A stretch of DNA of 58,212 bases from Octopus sinensis (lineage: Eukaryota): NCBI RefSeq assembly GCF_006345805.1, contig NW_021834832.1:1-58212 (forward strand), in the 5' to 3' direction. The notes beneath the pieces were generated by a model, which was given only the letters and a program-made list of their open reading frames with translations, did no database searches and was not told the DNA's origin. Below, one piece after another: positions 39,846 to 53,030 of the stretch. The position numbers and the translations under genes were made by a program. Every line of letters begins with the position of its first letter. Positions within the stretch are counted from its first letter, which is position 1.

Positions 39846-40214
39846 TCTCTGTATATATAAACGGCAGTTTGTCTGTCTGTGTGTCTGTGTGGCTGTCAGG
39901 TTGTACCCTCACCCTGACCACGGCTTTCTACCGATTCTGATGAAACTTGACACACACATAGACCAATGTCATAATTCAAAACTAACGCAGCGAAAATTCG
40001 ACATGGGGTCGAGAATCTAAGCTTTTTATATGCAACACATTTTCTGTCGGGAGACAGCTAGGAACATCGTATACATAGAAGTATTCGAGTGAAGAGAAGA
40101 CATTGCAGCCTACACATGCGCCTTCGTTCCCTAGAGGGAAAGAACTAGATTGGGATTAGTCGTTGCCTACTAGGGGCTCTTATATACCCGGGCAACGCCG
40201 GGCTATGCTGCTAG
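39846..40214 (+). mobile_element. Non-autonomous Helitron, family 2, nested in Gypsy pol
   Basis: A|TCTCTGTATATATAAACGGCAG ... cccgggcaacgccgggctatgctgCTAG|T. Internal sequence differs from family 1, and removal restores the pol frame. Confidence 0.88.
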
Positions 40215-41506
40215 TTTTTAATATGTTCGAAGTGTTGCTCTACTGACTCGCTCTTTGTCAAAATATCATCGAGATAAGCAATAGCGAAGTTGCGATCATT
40301 TAACTTGGCATCCATCACTTGTTGGAACATGCCAGGTGCCACTTTTACTTCAAAAGGAAGCCGCTTGAATTTATACAAAAACTACAGCAATCCGAGAAAG
40401 CGCATTGTGACCAGCAGTGTATAACAACATCCAGTGGTCTGGTTGATACAGTGGTAAATTGCCACAAATATTTGTGTTATTTATTTCATCGAAACCCAGC
40501 TCTCTCTCTTGCCGTGATCATGACGGTAGTTTCCAGACATTAGCTACCTCGGAGTACATCGTTCAATGTATCCTATGTTTTATATATTTTGAAAGAAAAA
40601 AAACAAAGACAGTAGTGTGTAGGCAGTGGGAGATTTGTGATTCTAGCATGTCGAAAGACAATGAATGCTACTCAAATGTCCCAAAATGTTCTCCGTTTGT
40701 GTATCTATCTGTGTCTCTCTCTCTTCATACCTCCTTTTCTCTCTGTCTCTGCCTCTCTCTCTCTCTTCCTCTTTCTGTCTTCACTTTGTCTCTCCATCTC
40801 TCTCTGTCTCACGCTCTCTGTCTTCCTTCACATATTTCCTTTTCTCTCTCTCTCTCTCTCCTTTTCTCTCTGTCTCTGCCCCCCTCTCTCTCTTTCTTCA
40901 TCCCTCCTTCTCTCTCTCTCTCTCTCTCACTCTCACTTGTTTGTCTTCCAAATTCTGTGTTTTTCTTTCTTCGAAAACCTGACATTTATCAGTTCTCAGA
41001 TTCCTAAGAAAAGAAACAACGACAACAACAACAACAACAACACCCGAAAGACAATAACTCTCTCTCTCCCCCCATCTCCCCTCTCTCCCCCTCTTACTTC
41101 TACAAATAAAAACACGGCAACCTAATAATACAAAGAACAAACAAAAAAAAAAAAACAAAAAACAAAAACAATTCGAAACAAAACAAAACAACAGTAAAAT
41201 AAAACCCAAATGAAAACCGTTTTCTGTCTTCTCAGATTTTAAAGCAAATTTGTTCTCGTTTTTCTTTTTTTTCTCTTCGACGACTCGTAACAATTATTTA
41301 TCATTAACGTTGCCACCCGCTTCCCACCCGACTTTCTTCTCTTACACATTTCTCACCGTCATCATCATCATCATCATCATCATCAGTATGTTATCGCCAA
41401 CGCCAACAACGCCTGATACCTACCTACCTACCTACCTACCTACCTATCAACCTACCTACCTACCTACATACATACATAAATGTACTTATATATATACATA
41501 TACAGC

Positions 41507-41552
<46 letters not shown>

Positions 41553-42019
41553 ATATATGTGTGTGTGTGTGTGTATGTATATATGTGTGTGTGTGTGTGT
41601 ATGTATATATGTGTGTGTGTGTATATATGTGTGTGTGTATGTATATATATATGTGTGTGTATGTATGTATATATGCGTACACATGATATGCAAATACATA
41701 TACATAAATGTGTATGTATGTATGTATGTATGTCTGTATGTGTGTATGTATGTAAATGTGTATGTTTGAGTGCAAGTGTGTTCGTGTGTGGTTATATCTT
41801 CTTACACATTTGCGTGAGAGGGAACCTGTCTCCTCTCTCCCTCTCTCCCTCCATTGTTCTCCATCTTGTCCCATTGACGTTATTCCTGTTCCCCCTCATT
41901 CTTTAGTCTGGTATTTTAAACCGTCTTTTCTTGATGGAAAATCTCTGGATGAGATTTCACGACCGACATTTTATATCTTTGCGGACAATGCACTCACTAC
42001 ATTCCTATAAATATACCCA

Positions 42020-42152
42020 TTTGTTGGCATTTCTTTTTTTTTTTTTGCATATTCTATCGGTGTCTTTTGCCGAACCGCTAAGTTACGGGGACGTAAACAC
42101 ACCAGCATCGGTCGTCAAGCGACGTTGCAGGGACAAACACACACACACAAAC

Positions 42153-42207
<55 letters not shown>

Positions 42208-42380
42208 ATATATACGACGGGCTTCTTTCAGTTTCCGTCTACCAAATCCATTCACAAGGCTTTGGTCGGCCCGAGGCTATAGCAGAAGACACTTGCCCAA
42301 GGTGCCACGCAGTGGGACTGAAACCGAACCATGTGGCTAGTAAGCAAGCTACTCACCACCACACAGCCACTCCTACGCCT
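42020..42380 (-). mobile_element. SINE family A
   Basis: Collinear with 23425-23853. Confidence 0.85.
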
Positions 42381-42587
42381 ATATGTATATATGTTGTGCA
42401 CATGGTATGCCTTGGCAGTTATTAACATGTATGTGTATGTATATATGTACGAGTGTATGTAAGTATGCGTATGTATGCATGCGTGAATGTATGTATGTTT
42501 ATTTGTATTATGTGTGTATGATAGATCGTTAGTTACTAAACACATTTTTTTCTCTCCCTTTTTTCTCTCCTTGTTTTTTCTGTGTCC

Positions 42588-42623
42588 CTTTCTGTAGAAG
42601 AGCGTAGGCTCGAAACGTAAAAG
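42588..42623 (+). ncRNA. Minimal type I hammerhead-like motif, CUGUAGA variant
   Basis: CUUU-CUGUAGA-A-GAGC(GUAG)GCUC-GAAAC-GU-A-AAAG; sense to the LOX pre-mRNA. Confidence 0.55.
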
Positions 42624-43525
42624 ACATTTTCTATTCCTGAGCGTTATACTAATACACCTGTTTGTTTTGTACTCCACCTGTCTTCGTCTTTTGTGTTTTT
42701 TTCGTGAACTTCCCCCTATATTTGTATGTATGTGGGTATGCATTGATGCACATATGCATGTATGCATGTGTATACGTATGTGTATGCATATATGTTTGTA
42801 TGTATATATGCGTATATGCATGAATGAATACACGTATGCATGTGCAAGCAGGCATGTATGTTTGTACGCATGTATGTATTTATGTCTTATATATGTATGC
42901 ATGTATGCATACATATATGTATCTATGCCTGTGTGTGTGTGCATATATGTATGTATGCTCGTCTGTTGATATGTATGTGTATATGTAAGTGTGCACGTGC
43001 GTGGGTGTAAGGGATGACGTCAGCGAATGACGTCAATGTTAATCCTCGCTTAAAAGATCCCACAGACTTTATGAATGGTGATGGGGTATGTTTTGATTGG
43101 AAGAACAGCCGACACGGATCGCTCTTGGCTTTAAAGTGCATCCCCTCTTGAAACTGGCAGTTGAGGGATTGAAGGAGAGAGAGAGATGGTGGAGTGTGTG
43201 TGTGTGTGTGAAGTGTGAGGTAATACCCCACTTGACCGCCATGATAGATAATGCTTTGAAGAGGATGCTTCGAGAATATCCCTCACCTGGCTGTTGTAAT
43301 GGGTTTCGTAATAGAGTAAGTTTGTGTGTGTGTGTGCGCCTGTTTGTGTGTGTGTGTGTGTTTATGTGCGTGTGTATGAGTATGTGTGAGTATGTATGCG
43401 TGTGCGTATGTGTGTGTGTATGTGTGAGAGACAGAAATAGAGTGTGTGTGTGTGTATATGTATAAGTGTATATACGAGTGCATGCAGCTATGTGTATATA
43501 TATTCGTGCATGTGTGTGTGCGTGC

Positions 43526-43590
<65 letters not shown>

Positions 43591-44129
43591 CATATGTGTA
43601 TATATATATGTGTGTATATATATATGTGTGTATATATGTATATGTGTATATATATATATGTGTATATATATATGTGTATATATATATGTATATATATATG
43701 TATATATATATATATATATATATGTGTATATATATGTATATATATATATATATGTGTATATATATGTATATATATATATATGTGTATATATATATATGTA
43801 TATATATATGTATATGTATAAATATAAGTGAGTGGGTGTAAGCATGTTACATCACGTCTGAACTGATCGAAGTGGGCCTTATTGTTTTGTGACATAGGGG
43901 GATATAGCCGGTGGGGTGGGGTGTGTGGCGATGTAATGTGGGTAGGTGGGGAAGAAGGGACCAGGGTGTCCTTTCGAAGTAATCTCTTCGTCCATTCGAC
44001 GGGTGGAATCTTGTTCTCTTCCCTTGTGCGGTATTGATTTCCACCGTGGGACGAAACGCCACAAATCTTTGGCTGGTGGTGGTGGTGGGGGAGCTGTCAT
44101 GTTGTTTTATAATCCGTTACATTAATTCC

Positions 44130-45010
44130 TGTGGATGCGTGTAGATTAGGGGTTCAGAGTATTTGGCTCACGATCACGAGGTTGTAAGTTCGATATCTGC
44201 TGACGCGTTGTGTCCTTGAGCAAGACACTTTATTTCACGTTGCCCCAGTCCCACTCAGCTGGTAAGAATGAGTTGTACCTGTAATTCAGAAGGGCCATCC
44301 TTGTCAGATTCGGGTTACGCTGAGTCTCTCTAAGTATTACTTTAAGGGCACACCTGTCTGTGGCGTACTCAGCCACTTGCATATTAATTTAACGAGCAAG
44401 CTGTCCGTTGATCGGATCAACTGGAACCCTTGTCGTCGGAACCAGTCGAGTGCTAATAATGTTAACTCCTTTAAAAGTTGGCCACCTGGCAGAATCGTTA
44501 GCACGCCGGGCGAAATGCGTAGCCGCATTTCGTCTGTTTTTACGTTCCGAGTTCAAATTCTGCCGAGGTCGACTTTGCTTTTCATCCTTTCGGGGTCGAT
44601 AAATTAAGTACCAGTGACGCACTGGGGTCGATGTTATCAACTTACTCCCTTTGTCCGTCCTTGTTTGTCCCCTCTGTGTTTAGCCCCTCGTGGGTAGTAA
44701 AGAAATAGGTATTTCGTCTGCCGTTACGTTCTGACTTCAGATTCTGCCGAGGTCGACTTTGCCTTTCATCATTCCGGGGGTCAATAAATTAAGTACCAGT
44801 TACGCACTGGTGTCGATGTAATCAACTTAATACCTTTGTCTGTCCTTGTTTGTCCCCTCTATGTTTAGCCCCTTGTGGGTATTTCGTCTGCCTTTGCGTT
44901 TTGAGTTCAAATTCTGCCGTGGCCAACTTTACCTTTCATCCTCTCTGGGTCGATCTAATCGACTGCAACTCTCTCCCCAAAATTTGGGCCTTGTGCCGAG
45001 AGTAGAAAAG
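44130..45010 (+). mobile_element. Family D SINE (44130-44450) plus family B SINE with about three internal units (44475-45010)
   Basis: Ends about 80 nt upstream of the exon 2 acceptor. Confidence 0.82.
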
Positions 45011-45088
45011 AATATTTTGTATTTTTATTTTGTGTTTTGTTTTCTTAATATTTCTTAATATTTATATCCTTTATTTATTTATTTGTAG

Positions 45089-45133
45089 GCAGAAAGTTTA
45101 CCAACAGACGAACAATTCTCATTTGAATATAAG
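45089..45133 (+). CDS. Lipoxygenase coding exon 2 (45 nt, AESLPTDEQFSFEYK)
   Basis: tttatttgtag|gcagaaagt...gaatataag|gtattg, phase 0-0. Matches the LPxDEQFS motif that follows the PLAT linker in invertebrate LOX and joins exons 1 and 3 in frame. Confidence 0.9.
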
Positions 45134-45220
45134 GTATTGATTTTTGTTTCTCTGACGTATTGTTATCTTAATTATTGTCATTTCTAGAAATCGGTGGAGT
45201 ATCATATATATATATATATA

Positions 45221-45301
<81 letters not shown>

Positions 45302-45967
45302 TTATAACTCAAAATAAGCAACAAGATATCAAGTAGCGATGCAGTACGACAGTTTCAAGCGGCTCTATTTAATTGAACAATGCAATCATTACATCAGTTT
45401 AAATGCAGGGCTATCCTCAGTTACACAAATAAATAAATAGAATTTTAACCAGTTGGACACATTGATATAGTTAGAAGAAATTCATGTTGTCGCTATTGTA
45501 GCTAAGAATAGACTACAACTTCTAAGAATCACATGATGCATTGTGGGATCATAGGGTTGTGAGGGATTGTAGTTCATTTCTAATTCATTTATCTCTTTAC
45601 CAACTACTAAATCTAAGACTAAAAGATTGTGTCTATTTTGAATAGAGGACAAGAGTGAGTGGACAGCATGTGACTAGGTATGATCGAAAATATCATCGTA
45701 TGTATCCCTTTTCCCCAGGGGATAAACTTTTTCTTCTCTTAAAACGGATTTTACCCTTTATATATATACTGATCAGTATCTACATGTTGAAAAAATATAT
45801 ATCTTTCTACTTGTTATATATATATATGTATATATATATAAACATATATATATACAAACATATATATATATAAACACACACAGACACACACATATATATA
45901 TATATATATATAAAAACATATATATGTATAAACATATATAAGCATATATATGTATATATATATATAT

Positions 45968-46004
<37 letters not shown>

Positions 46005-48404
46005 GCTGGGTTGCGTCAGTACAATCATCATAGACAAACACATACGCCATGACAGTAAGCGAAAGGCAGAATTCATTTTGCCTTTACTGTGTCTGTATAT
46101 GATATAATATTGTTTTGAATTCACGGTATGAGGGACAGATTAAAAGCATTATATTTCATATCAAACCATTAAGCTTGAGAGATACGACGAGAAATTGTCT
46201 ATCATCCAAATAGCAGCCATTTAACATCATACACATAAAATCCCATGCATTCTGTTTGCCATTTAATAACCACAACAGGATCCGAGATGCATCTCAAAAC
46301 ATTACGCAGAATACGTTTGTTTATTTTTCTTCTGTTCCATTTATAGAAAGTCCATCCAGTATGGAAAATTTATAACCGGTGACAACCGCACGATCTACTT
46401 CGGTTATAATTACCAAGAAAAATAACGTAGATGTATAATTACCGACTTGTTAACAACCAGCGAGTAATTGAGTGAGATTGACAAATGGCCGAATGAATTG
46501 AGTTTCGTCTACATAAATTACTGGGTTCGCCAAAAAGTCCAATCGTTTCTTTAAAGCGAAAATAGAACACAAGTTTTAAACACAAAATGATTTTTTTCAA
46601 TCAATGATAGAATTTCGTTCCAGTATACTCTGCGCTCAGAGGAACCTCCTTTGTGGCTCCATCCCGTGCTAAGGCTTTGTATGGGGCTCGCTGGTATAGT
46701 AATCATTCACCTTGTTTAGCCCTAGGTCACACATCATCCAATGTTGCATCCCATCTTTTTAGGGTTATCTAGAAGTTACATTAATTCTAATAACAGAGGC
46801 GATGAGTTTTCAGGACCGTTGGTGCGTCGAACAAAATAACTAGCAGTATTTTTTTTCCGGTTCTTTACATTCTGAGTTCGATGCCAATTTTGCTTTTCGA
46901 TAGAACCATTAGAGTGTCGGACAAAATGCTTAGTAGCGTTTCTTTCGGTTCTTCTCGTTCGGAGTTCAAATACCGCTGAAGTCAGTTTTGCTTCTCGCCC
47001 CTTTTAAGATCAACAAAATAAAGTACCAGACGTATATTGGGGACCACCCTCCCCCACACACTCCTAAAATTGCTGGCCTTGTGTCGAAATTAAAAAGAAA
47101 ATTATTTCGCATATCATTTCTCTATTTCTACGACGGTTGAAGTGATTTGAGGAAGACCAGTCTGTTATGTTAGTAGGTCAAACGTACGACCGAGTAGAGT
47201 TTCTCCCTTGAATCCAAAAGCGAACAAGTGAAAAGTGTGCACAATGCTTTCATTAAGAAAAGTAGCATGTTGCATGTCGACTGTAGACTTACATATAAAA
47301 TCTTTGTATTGCTTGAGGTCAATGAAAACAGGAACAAGGCTTTCACTATATGTTTTAATGAATAACTTAGGGGTGAGAATTTCTTCTCTAAGCGTGGGCT
47401 TAAACCAATGATATAAGCTTTTGTACAAACTGAATAAAGTCGAGCAATACATTCCGCTTGGTTACATTGAAAAACAAAATATCTGTCTTAAAATTAACTC
47501 TACAATGCTATACTATGAACAAGAAGGTACACGTGACCATAAACAAACAGATAATATTGACAAATGTAAGCCCTTTCACGCGGTCGACCGACCTGCAAGA
47601 AATAGCAGCCACATTTCCCTCAAATTACCACTTGTTGTTTAAATAAAGAGAAAGATATATTAGTCAATTCTGTCGATGTATACGGAAATGGTAGGATGGC
47701 CATGGCCGGAACGTGTTTATGTCTGTTCGATCGGGACTGATCTGGGGATAAACTGTGGCTACGATCCGGGATTAAGGTGTGTGATCGGTGACTTGTAGAT
47801 ATTCTGTGGTTACTATTTTGGACATAAAATCTTAACTGCCAAAATAGCCCTTAAGGGACGTTAACCCCAGATCAGCTCTCATCAAACAATTATGATTTAT
47901 GATCAAAGATGTTCAAGTTGATACCATAACTCATCTCTTATTTTTTCCCAAAACGAAAGAGTCTACCCTGGACCCTAGTACCCAATGTATCCGGCGGTCT
48001 TTATGACTTTTGAGTGAAATCAGTTGGAGGTTTTCTCCTGGTGCCTCTAAGTCCCAGAAACCACAGTTGCCCCTTAATTTTAAATGTTACAGACAAATAT
48101 TTTCCCAAAATCCGAATCGTAAGCGACTGAAAACTGAATTAGCGATATCGTTAGGGCATCGGGTGGGATATCCTACGATATTTGTTTCACTTCTTTTCAT
48201 TCTGAGTTCAGATACCACTGGTGTTTACTTACTGGTGGACTTAATCCTAATCCGTCACCCGGTTTACCAACACCCCCACCACTTCCACCCGGCACCATGG
48301 GCATCTTTTAGCGAGGATCATCCTCTTTTAAACGTCCGCGCCAGATCTCCAGTTTGATAATAACCCCCTCCAGCTCCCTCCATACTCTGAAATTAGCATA
48401 AATT

Positions 48405-48770
48405 ATAGGCGAAGGAGTGGCTGTGTGGTTGGAAAGTAGCTTGCTTTTCAACCACATGGTTCCGGGTTCAGTCCCACTGCATGGCACCTTGGACAAGCGT
48501 CTTCTACTATAGCCTCGGGCCGACCAAAGCCTTGGATTTGGTAGACGAAATATGAACAGAAGCCAGTCGTATGTATATATGTATGTATTTGCGTCTGTGT
48601 TTGTCCACTCCACTATCGCTTGACAACCGATGATGGTGTGTTTACGTCCCCGTAACTTAGCAAATCGGCAAAAGAGTCCAATAAAATAATTACTAGGCTT
48701 ACAAAGGTAAGTCCTGGGGTCCAGCATGGCCACAGTCAAATGACTGAAACAAGTGAAAGAGTAAAAAAGT
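48405..48770 (+). mobile_element. SINE family A
   Basis: ggcgaaggagtggctgtgtgg head to the cagtcaaatgactgaaacaag tail; a further head fragment lies at 49627-49795. Confidence 0.85.
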
Positions 48771-49183
48771 ATATATATATATATATATCCTTTAGTTTTA
48801 TTTCACATTCGCACCCTCTTCCACTTCCGCACACGCTTTCCACACACACACACACACACACAGACACCCGCGCGTGCGCATTCATCCATGCAAAAATTAC
48901 ACGCACCAGCACTTCACATCCCACTAACCTACGCTGCTCTACATCCGTATTTGCACAGCTCTACACCCGTACACGCACCCCAAGAGACCTCATGCACCAG
49001 TAATGTTACACCTTTATGTTCATCTCAAAACTCCTACGCGAGCGGCTCGCCCTTTCTCTCATCTTAACCCTTCTCACAGAATCGCATTCCGACTTGGTCC
49101 CATAGCCCCGCTCCCATTTTCTCTTTACTTCTTTTCTTTTTCCTTTACCACTTTTGCTCTTTCTCGCTTCTCCTATGATTTTC

Positions 49184-49215
49184 TTCTGATGAAGGACGAA
49201 CGTTCGAAACGTTAA
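49184..49215 (+). ncRNA. Minimal hammerhead-like motif with canonical core
   Basis: CUGAUGA-A-GGAC(GAAC)GUUC-GAAAC-GU-U; stem I is only weakly paired. Confidence 0.55.
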
Positions 49216-49325
49216 AACTCTTTTTCTTCTCTCTTTTGAGCATTAAACTAATACAATATTTATTAAAACTTTTCCCACCTGCGTCTTTCTCCTTATATTT
49301 GTTCATTACATTTGCTATGTATGTG

Positions 49326-49379
<54 letters not shown>

Positions 49380-49793
49380 TATATATATATATATATATGT
49401 GTGTGTGTAAGTTCGGTGTGTGTTGCGTTCCATTCCTTAATAAATAAATAAAAATGTATGGCAATTAAACAAACAACATAACGTAAACTGTGTGTAGAAC
49501 CGGACGGGAGACAAACACAGAAGGTCCCTAATTCTTCATCAGTTATCAACCAATTATAGTTAGTTTTGCACCATAAATGATAAAAGTGTGGGCTTCCCAT
49601 ATATACATACATATATATATATATATAGGCGCAGGAATGGCTGTGTGGTAAGTAGCTTGCTTACCAACCACATGGTTCTAGGTCCAGTCCCACTGTGTGG
49701 CACCTTAATATTTAGTATAACTTCTACTATAGCCTCGGACCGACCAAAGCTTTGTGAGTGAATTTGGTAGACGGAAACTGAAAGAAGCCTGTC

Positions 49794-49842
<49 letters not shown>

Positions 49843-49915
49843 ATATATATTATATATATATATAATATATATATATGTGTGTGTGTGTATATATATATAT
49901 GTGTGTGTGTGTGTA

Positions 49916-49958
<43 letters not shown>

Positions 49959-50277
49959 TATATATAATAGAGAGAGAGAGAGAGAGAGATCAGATAGAGA
50001 GAAAAATAGATATGCATATACATACACATATACATACATATCTGTCTGTCTATCTGTCTCTGTCTCTCTCTATCTATCTGTCCTTCTGTCTGTCTGTCTG
50101 TCTTTTGATAGTTAACTAAATATCTGGAATGTAGTGTTAAATGGCTGCCATTTTGCGCTAGAAACACACAATTTCCCGTGCCTTTCAAACTCATTGTTTT
50201 GATATTTAGCATAAAACTATTAAGCAGTCCTTTCTACCGTGAAGTTAGCTCTGTCATATATTGCTCATTCGCTCCAC

Positions 50278-50312
<35 letters not shown>

Positions 50313-50444
50313 TAATAATAATAATAAACGGAAAGCAAACGCAGAACGAATTCGCTCAATCTCTTTACAATGTGTGAGTGTTGGCATGTGTGTATGTGCG
50401 CTATATTGCGCGTATGTTTGCATATAATCCATTCGCCGGGAGGT

Positions 50445-50579
50445 AAAAGGGCTGAAATTTTGAAGGACAGGGCTAGCAAATTATATTGACCCCAGTATTT
50501 GACTGGTACTTATTTTATTTTATCGATCCCGAATGTATGAAAAGCAAAGTCGACTTCGACGGAGTTTGAGCTCAGAACA
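50445..50579 (-). mobile_element. SINE family B fragment
   Basis: attgaccccagtatttgactggtactt...tatcgatcccgaatgtatgaaaagcaaagtcgac. Confidence 0.75.
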
Positions 50580-51802
50580 TGTTTGCCTAAAATGACTGAG
50601 CTAAGACACACACACGCATACACACACACGCATACACACACACACACACACACACACACGAATGCACACACGCATGCACACACGCATGCACACACACAAC
50701 ACTCCACCCCGTCCCAATTTTATAAAGAAAGGACTGACACTGACTTTGAAGTTTCGGCATGCCCACCACCATGAAACTGTGACAAGTGGAGTGTATATAT
50801 AGAGTGTGTGTCTGTGTATGTATGCGTGTATGTATGTACGTGTGTATGTGTGTGTGTGTATGTGTGTATGTGTCTGTGTATGTATGTATGTATGTGTGTG
50901 TGTATGCATGTATGTGTGTATGTATGTGTGTATGTATGTATGTGTGTGTGTGTGTATGTATGTATGTGTGTGTATGTATGTATGTGTGTGTATGTGTGTG
51001 TGTATGTATGTGTGTATGTGTGTATGTATGTGTGTATGTATGTATGTGTGTGTATGTATGTGTGTGTACGTGCGTGTATGTGTGCGTGCGAGTATGTATG
51101 CATGTATTCATATTACACGCATCTCTAGTAATTTATACAAAATTTTAATGATGAACTCACACATATATGTAAAGTGTGTACGTGCGTATGCGAGTGTATA
51201 TATATATATAACAAAAGCTTTTCTTTTTCTCTTTCTATTTGGGTATATCTCTTTCTGTGTCACTCCCATTATCTCGTCTGTTTCACTCCAGCCACTGACT
51301 TTACAACCAACACTCCCACTCATTCTTCCTCCGCCTCCTTCGCCCGCCTCCCTCTCTTCCTTCTTCTGCCCCTCCCCCACCACCGACACTTCTGTCACCT
51401 TTTGTTTATTTACGCCACTCCTAACCGACATTGTTTTATCTCATCGTAATCCTCTTTAACACTCTCCACCGATCTACAACACTCGCACAACACAATTAAA
51501 TTCAACACTTCTTCTATTACTTAAAATTCTTCTATGTTCAGATATGCAATCCACGTTTTCAAGCATAGGAAGCGACGGGATGGTCGGGGTGTGTGTGTGT
51601 GTGAAGCGACCACAAACTCGTGTGTTGCAACAATAAGAATAAAGGTTCTTTTCTGGTTCTCAGAGAAAGGGACAACATCCGAAACATGAAAACCTCGCCA
51701 AACACATTTTTTCGGATGCTTGTGTGAGCGAGTGGACTCGCGTCACGCAGCATGTCCGAGGGCGTTTATACATCTATATTTGTTATACATCTATATTTGT
51801 TA

Positions 51803-52035
51803 ACAAGGCGGCGAGCTGGCAGAAACGTTAGCACGCTGGGCGAAATGCGTAGCCGTATTTCGTCTACCGTTACGTTGTGAGTTCAAATTCCGCCGAGGTC
51901 GACTTTGCCTTTCATCCTTTCGGGGTCGATAAATTAAGTACCAGTTACGCACTGGGATCGATGTAATCGACTTAATCCGTTTGTCTGTCCTTGTTTGTCC
52001 CCTCTGTGTTTAGCCCCTTGTATGTAGTAAAGAAA
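51803..52035 (+). mobile_element. SINE family B, single unit
   Basis: aaggcggcgagctggcagaaacgttagcacg...tagtaaagaaat. Confidence 0.88.
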
Positions 52036-52388
52036 TATATATTTGTTAACGGTTATTTTTGATACTTTTCTCGCTGTGTTGTTGCGTGTTCGTTTCTCTT
52101 TTTGTCATCTGTGATTTTAGTTTTGATCTTCTAAGTAAATGAAAATATTTCCTCCGACTGGCTGCTTTTCTTTTCTACAAAATGGGAAGATAACATTGCA
52201 GACCTGTTACTTTTAACGTGTTGTGTCTGATAATCACCCGATGAGACACATCTGCACCGCCGGATGCTCCTGGATCAGTTGCTGAGGGATATGCCCATGA
52301 GGAATCGATGCTAGGTGTGTCGAAACAATTGTAGTGATTAATAGTAAATTCTCGTATATTCCATCTTCCGTCTTTCATATATATATAT

Positions 52389-52440
<52 letters not shown>

Positions 52441-52717
52441 CACACACACATATGTATATATATACATATACACGCATATATACATGTGTGTGTATATATA
52501 TATATATATACACACGCATATATATATAAACACATAACACTGTAAAAGATTTTGCTGACACGCATTACCATCAATTCCCCCAGGCTCTTTTTCTTCCTAA
52601 ATGACCTGTCTAATGGCTCAGTTAATGAAACTATACTCTACTCCTTGTATAGAGTACTTTTCTCCCATTGTTCATTGCAAACTATACATATATACATACA
52701 TAGTCCATACATAAGTG

Positions 52718-52828
<111 letters not shown>

Positions 52829-52898
52829 ATGTCTGCATGTCTGTCTGTATCGTGAATTTCTCTGTAATGTAGCCTCAATCCGTTTCGTACCTTTTCAG

Positions 52899-53030
52899 TG
52901 GAGTATCGTCCGACGCAAGGCTCAGCTGATCGCCACAAGTAAACTGGTCAAATTAAAGGAAGCCGGAGAATGGGCGAGTTTCGTCGACCTCTTTAAAGTC
53001 TACACCAGACATGTTTTCAGTAAACCGATG
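52899..53030 (+). CDS. Lipoxygenase coding exon 3 (132 nt, WSIVRRKAQLIATSKLVKLKEAGEWASFVDLFKVYTRHVFSKPM)
   Basis: cttttcag|tggagt...ccgatg|gtaagt, phase 0-0, open, with the WxSxxD motif of the LOX helix-2 region. Confidence 0.9.

Larger units (their letters stand above)
39040..40395 (-). mobile_element. Ty3/Gypsy LTR-retrotransposon pol relic (RT and RNase H), split by two Helitrons
   Basis: Minus-strand translation gives LYKFKRLPFEVKVAPGMFQQVMD...AIAYLDDIL (RT YxDD), HLGQIIDERGRR...AFLDFVNYYQVYIPN, and LKKDAKWLW...AFEELK...ATDASEYGVGAVLLH...IAHASR...ERNYNQVEK (RNase H). Frameshifts and deletions present. Confidence 0.92.
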
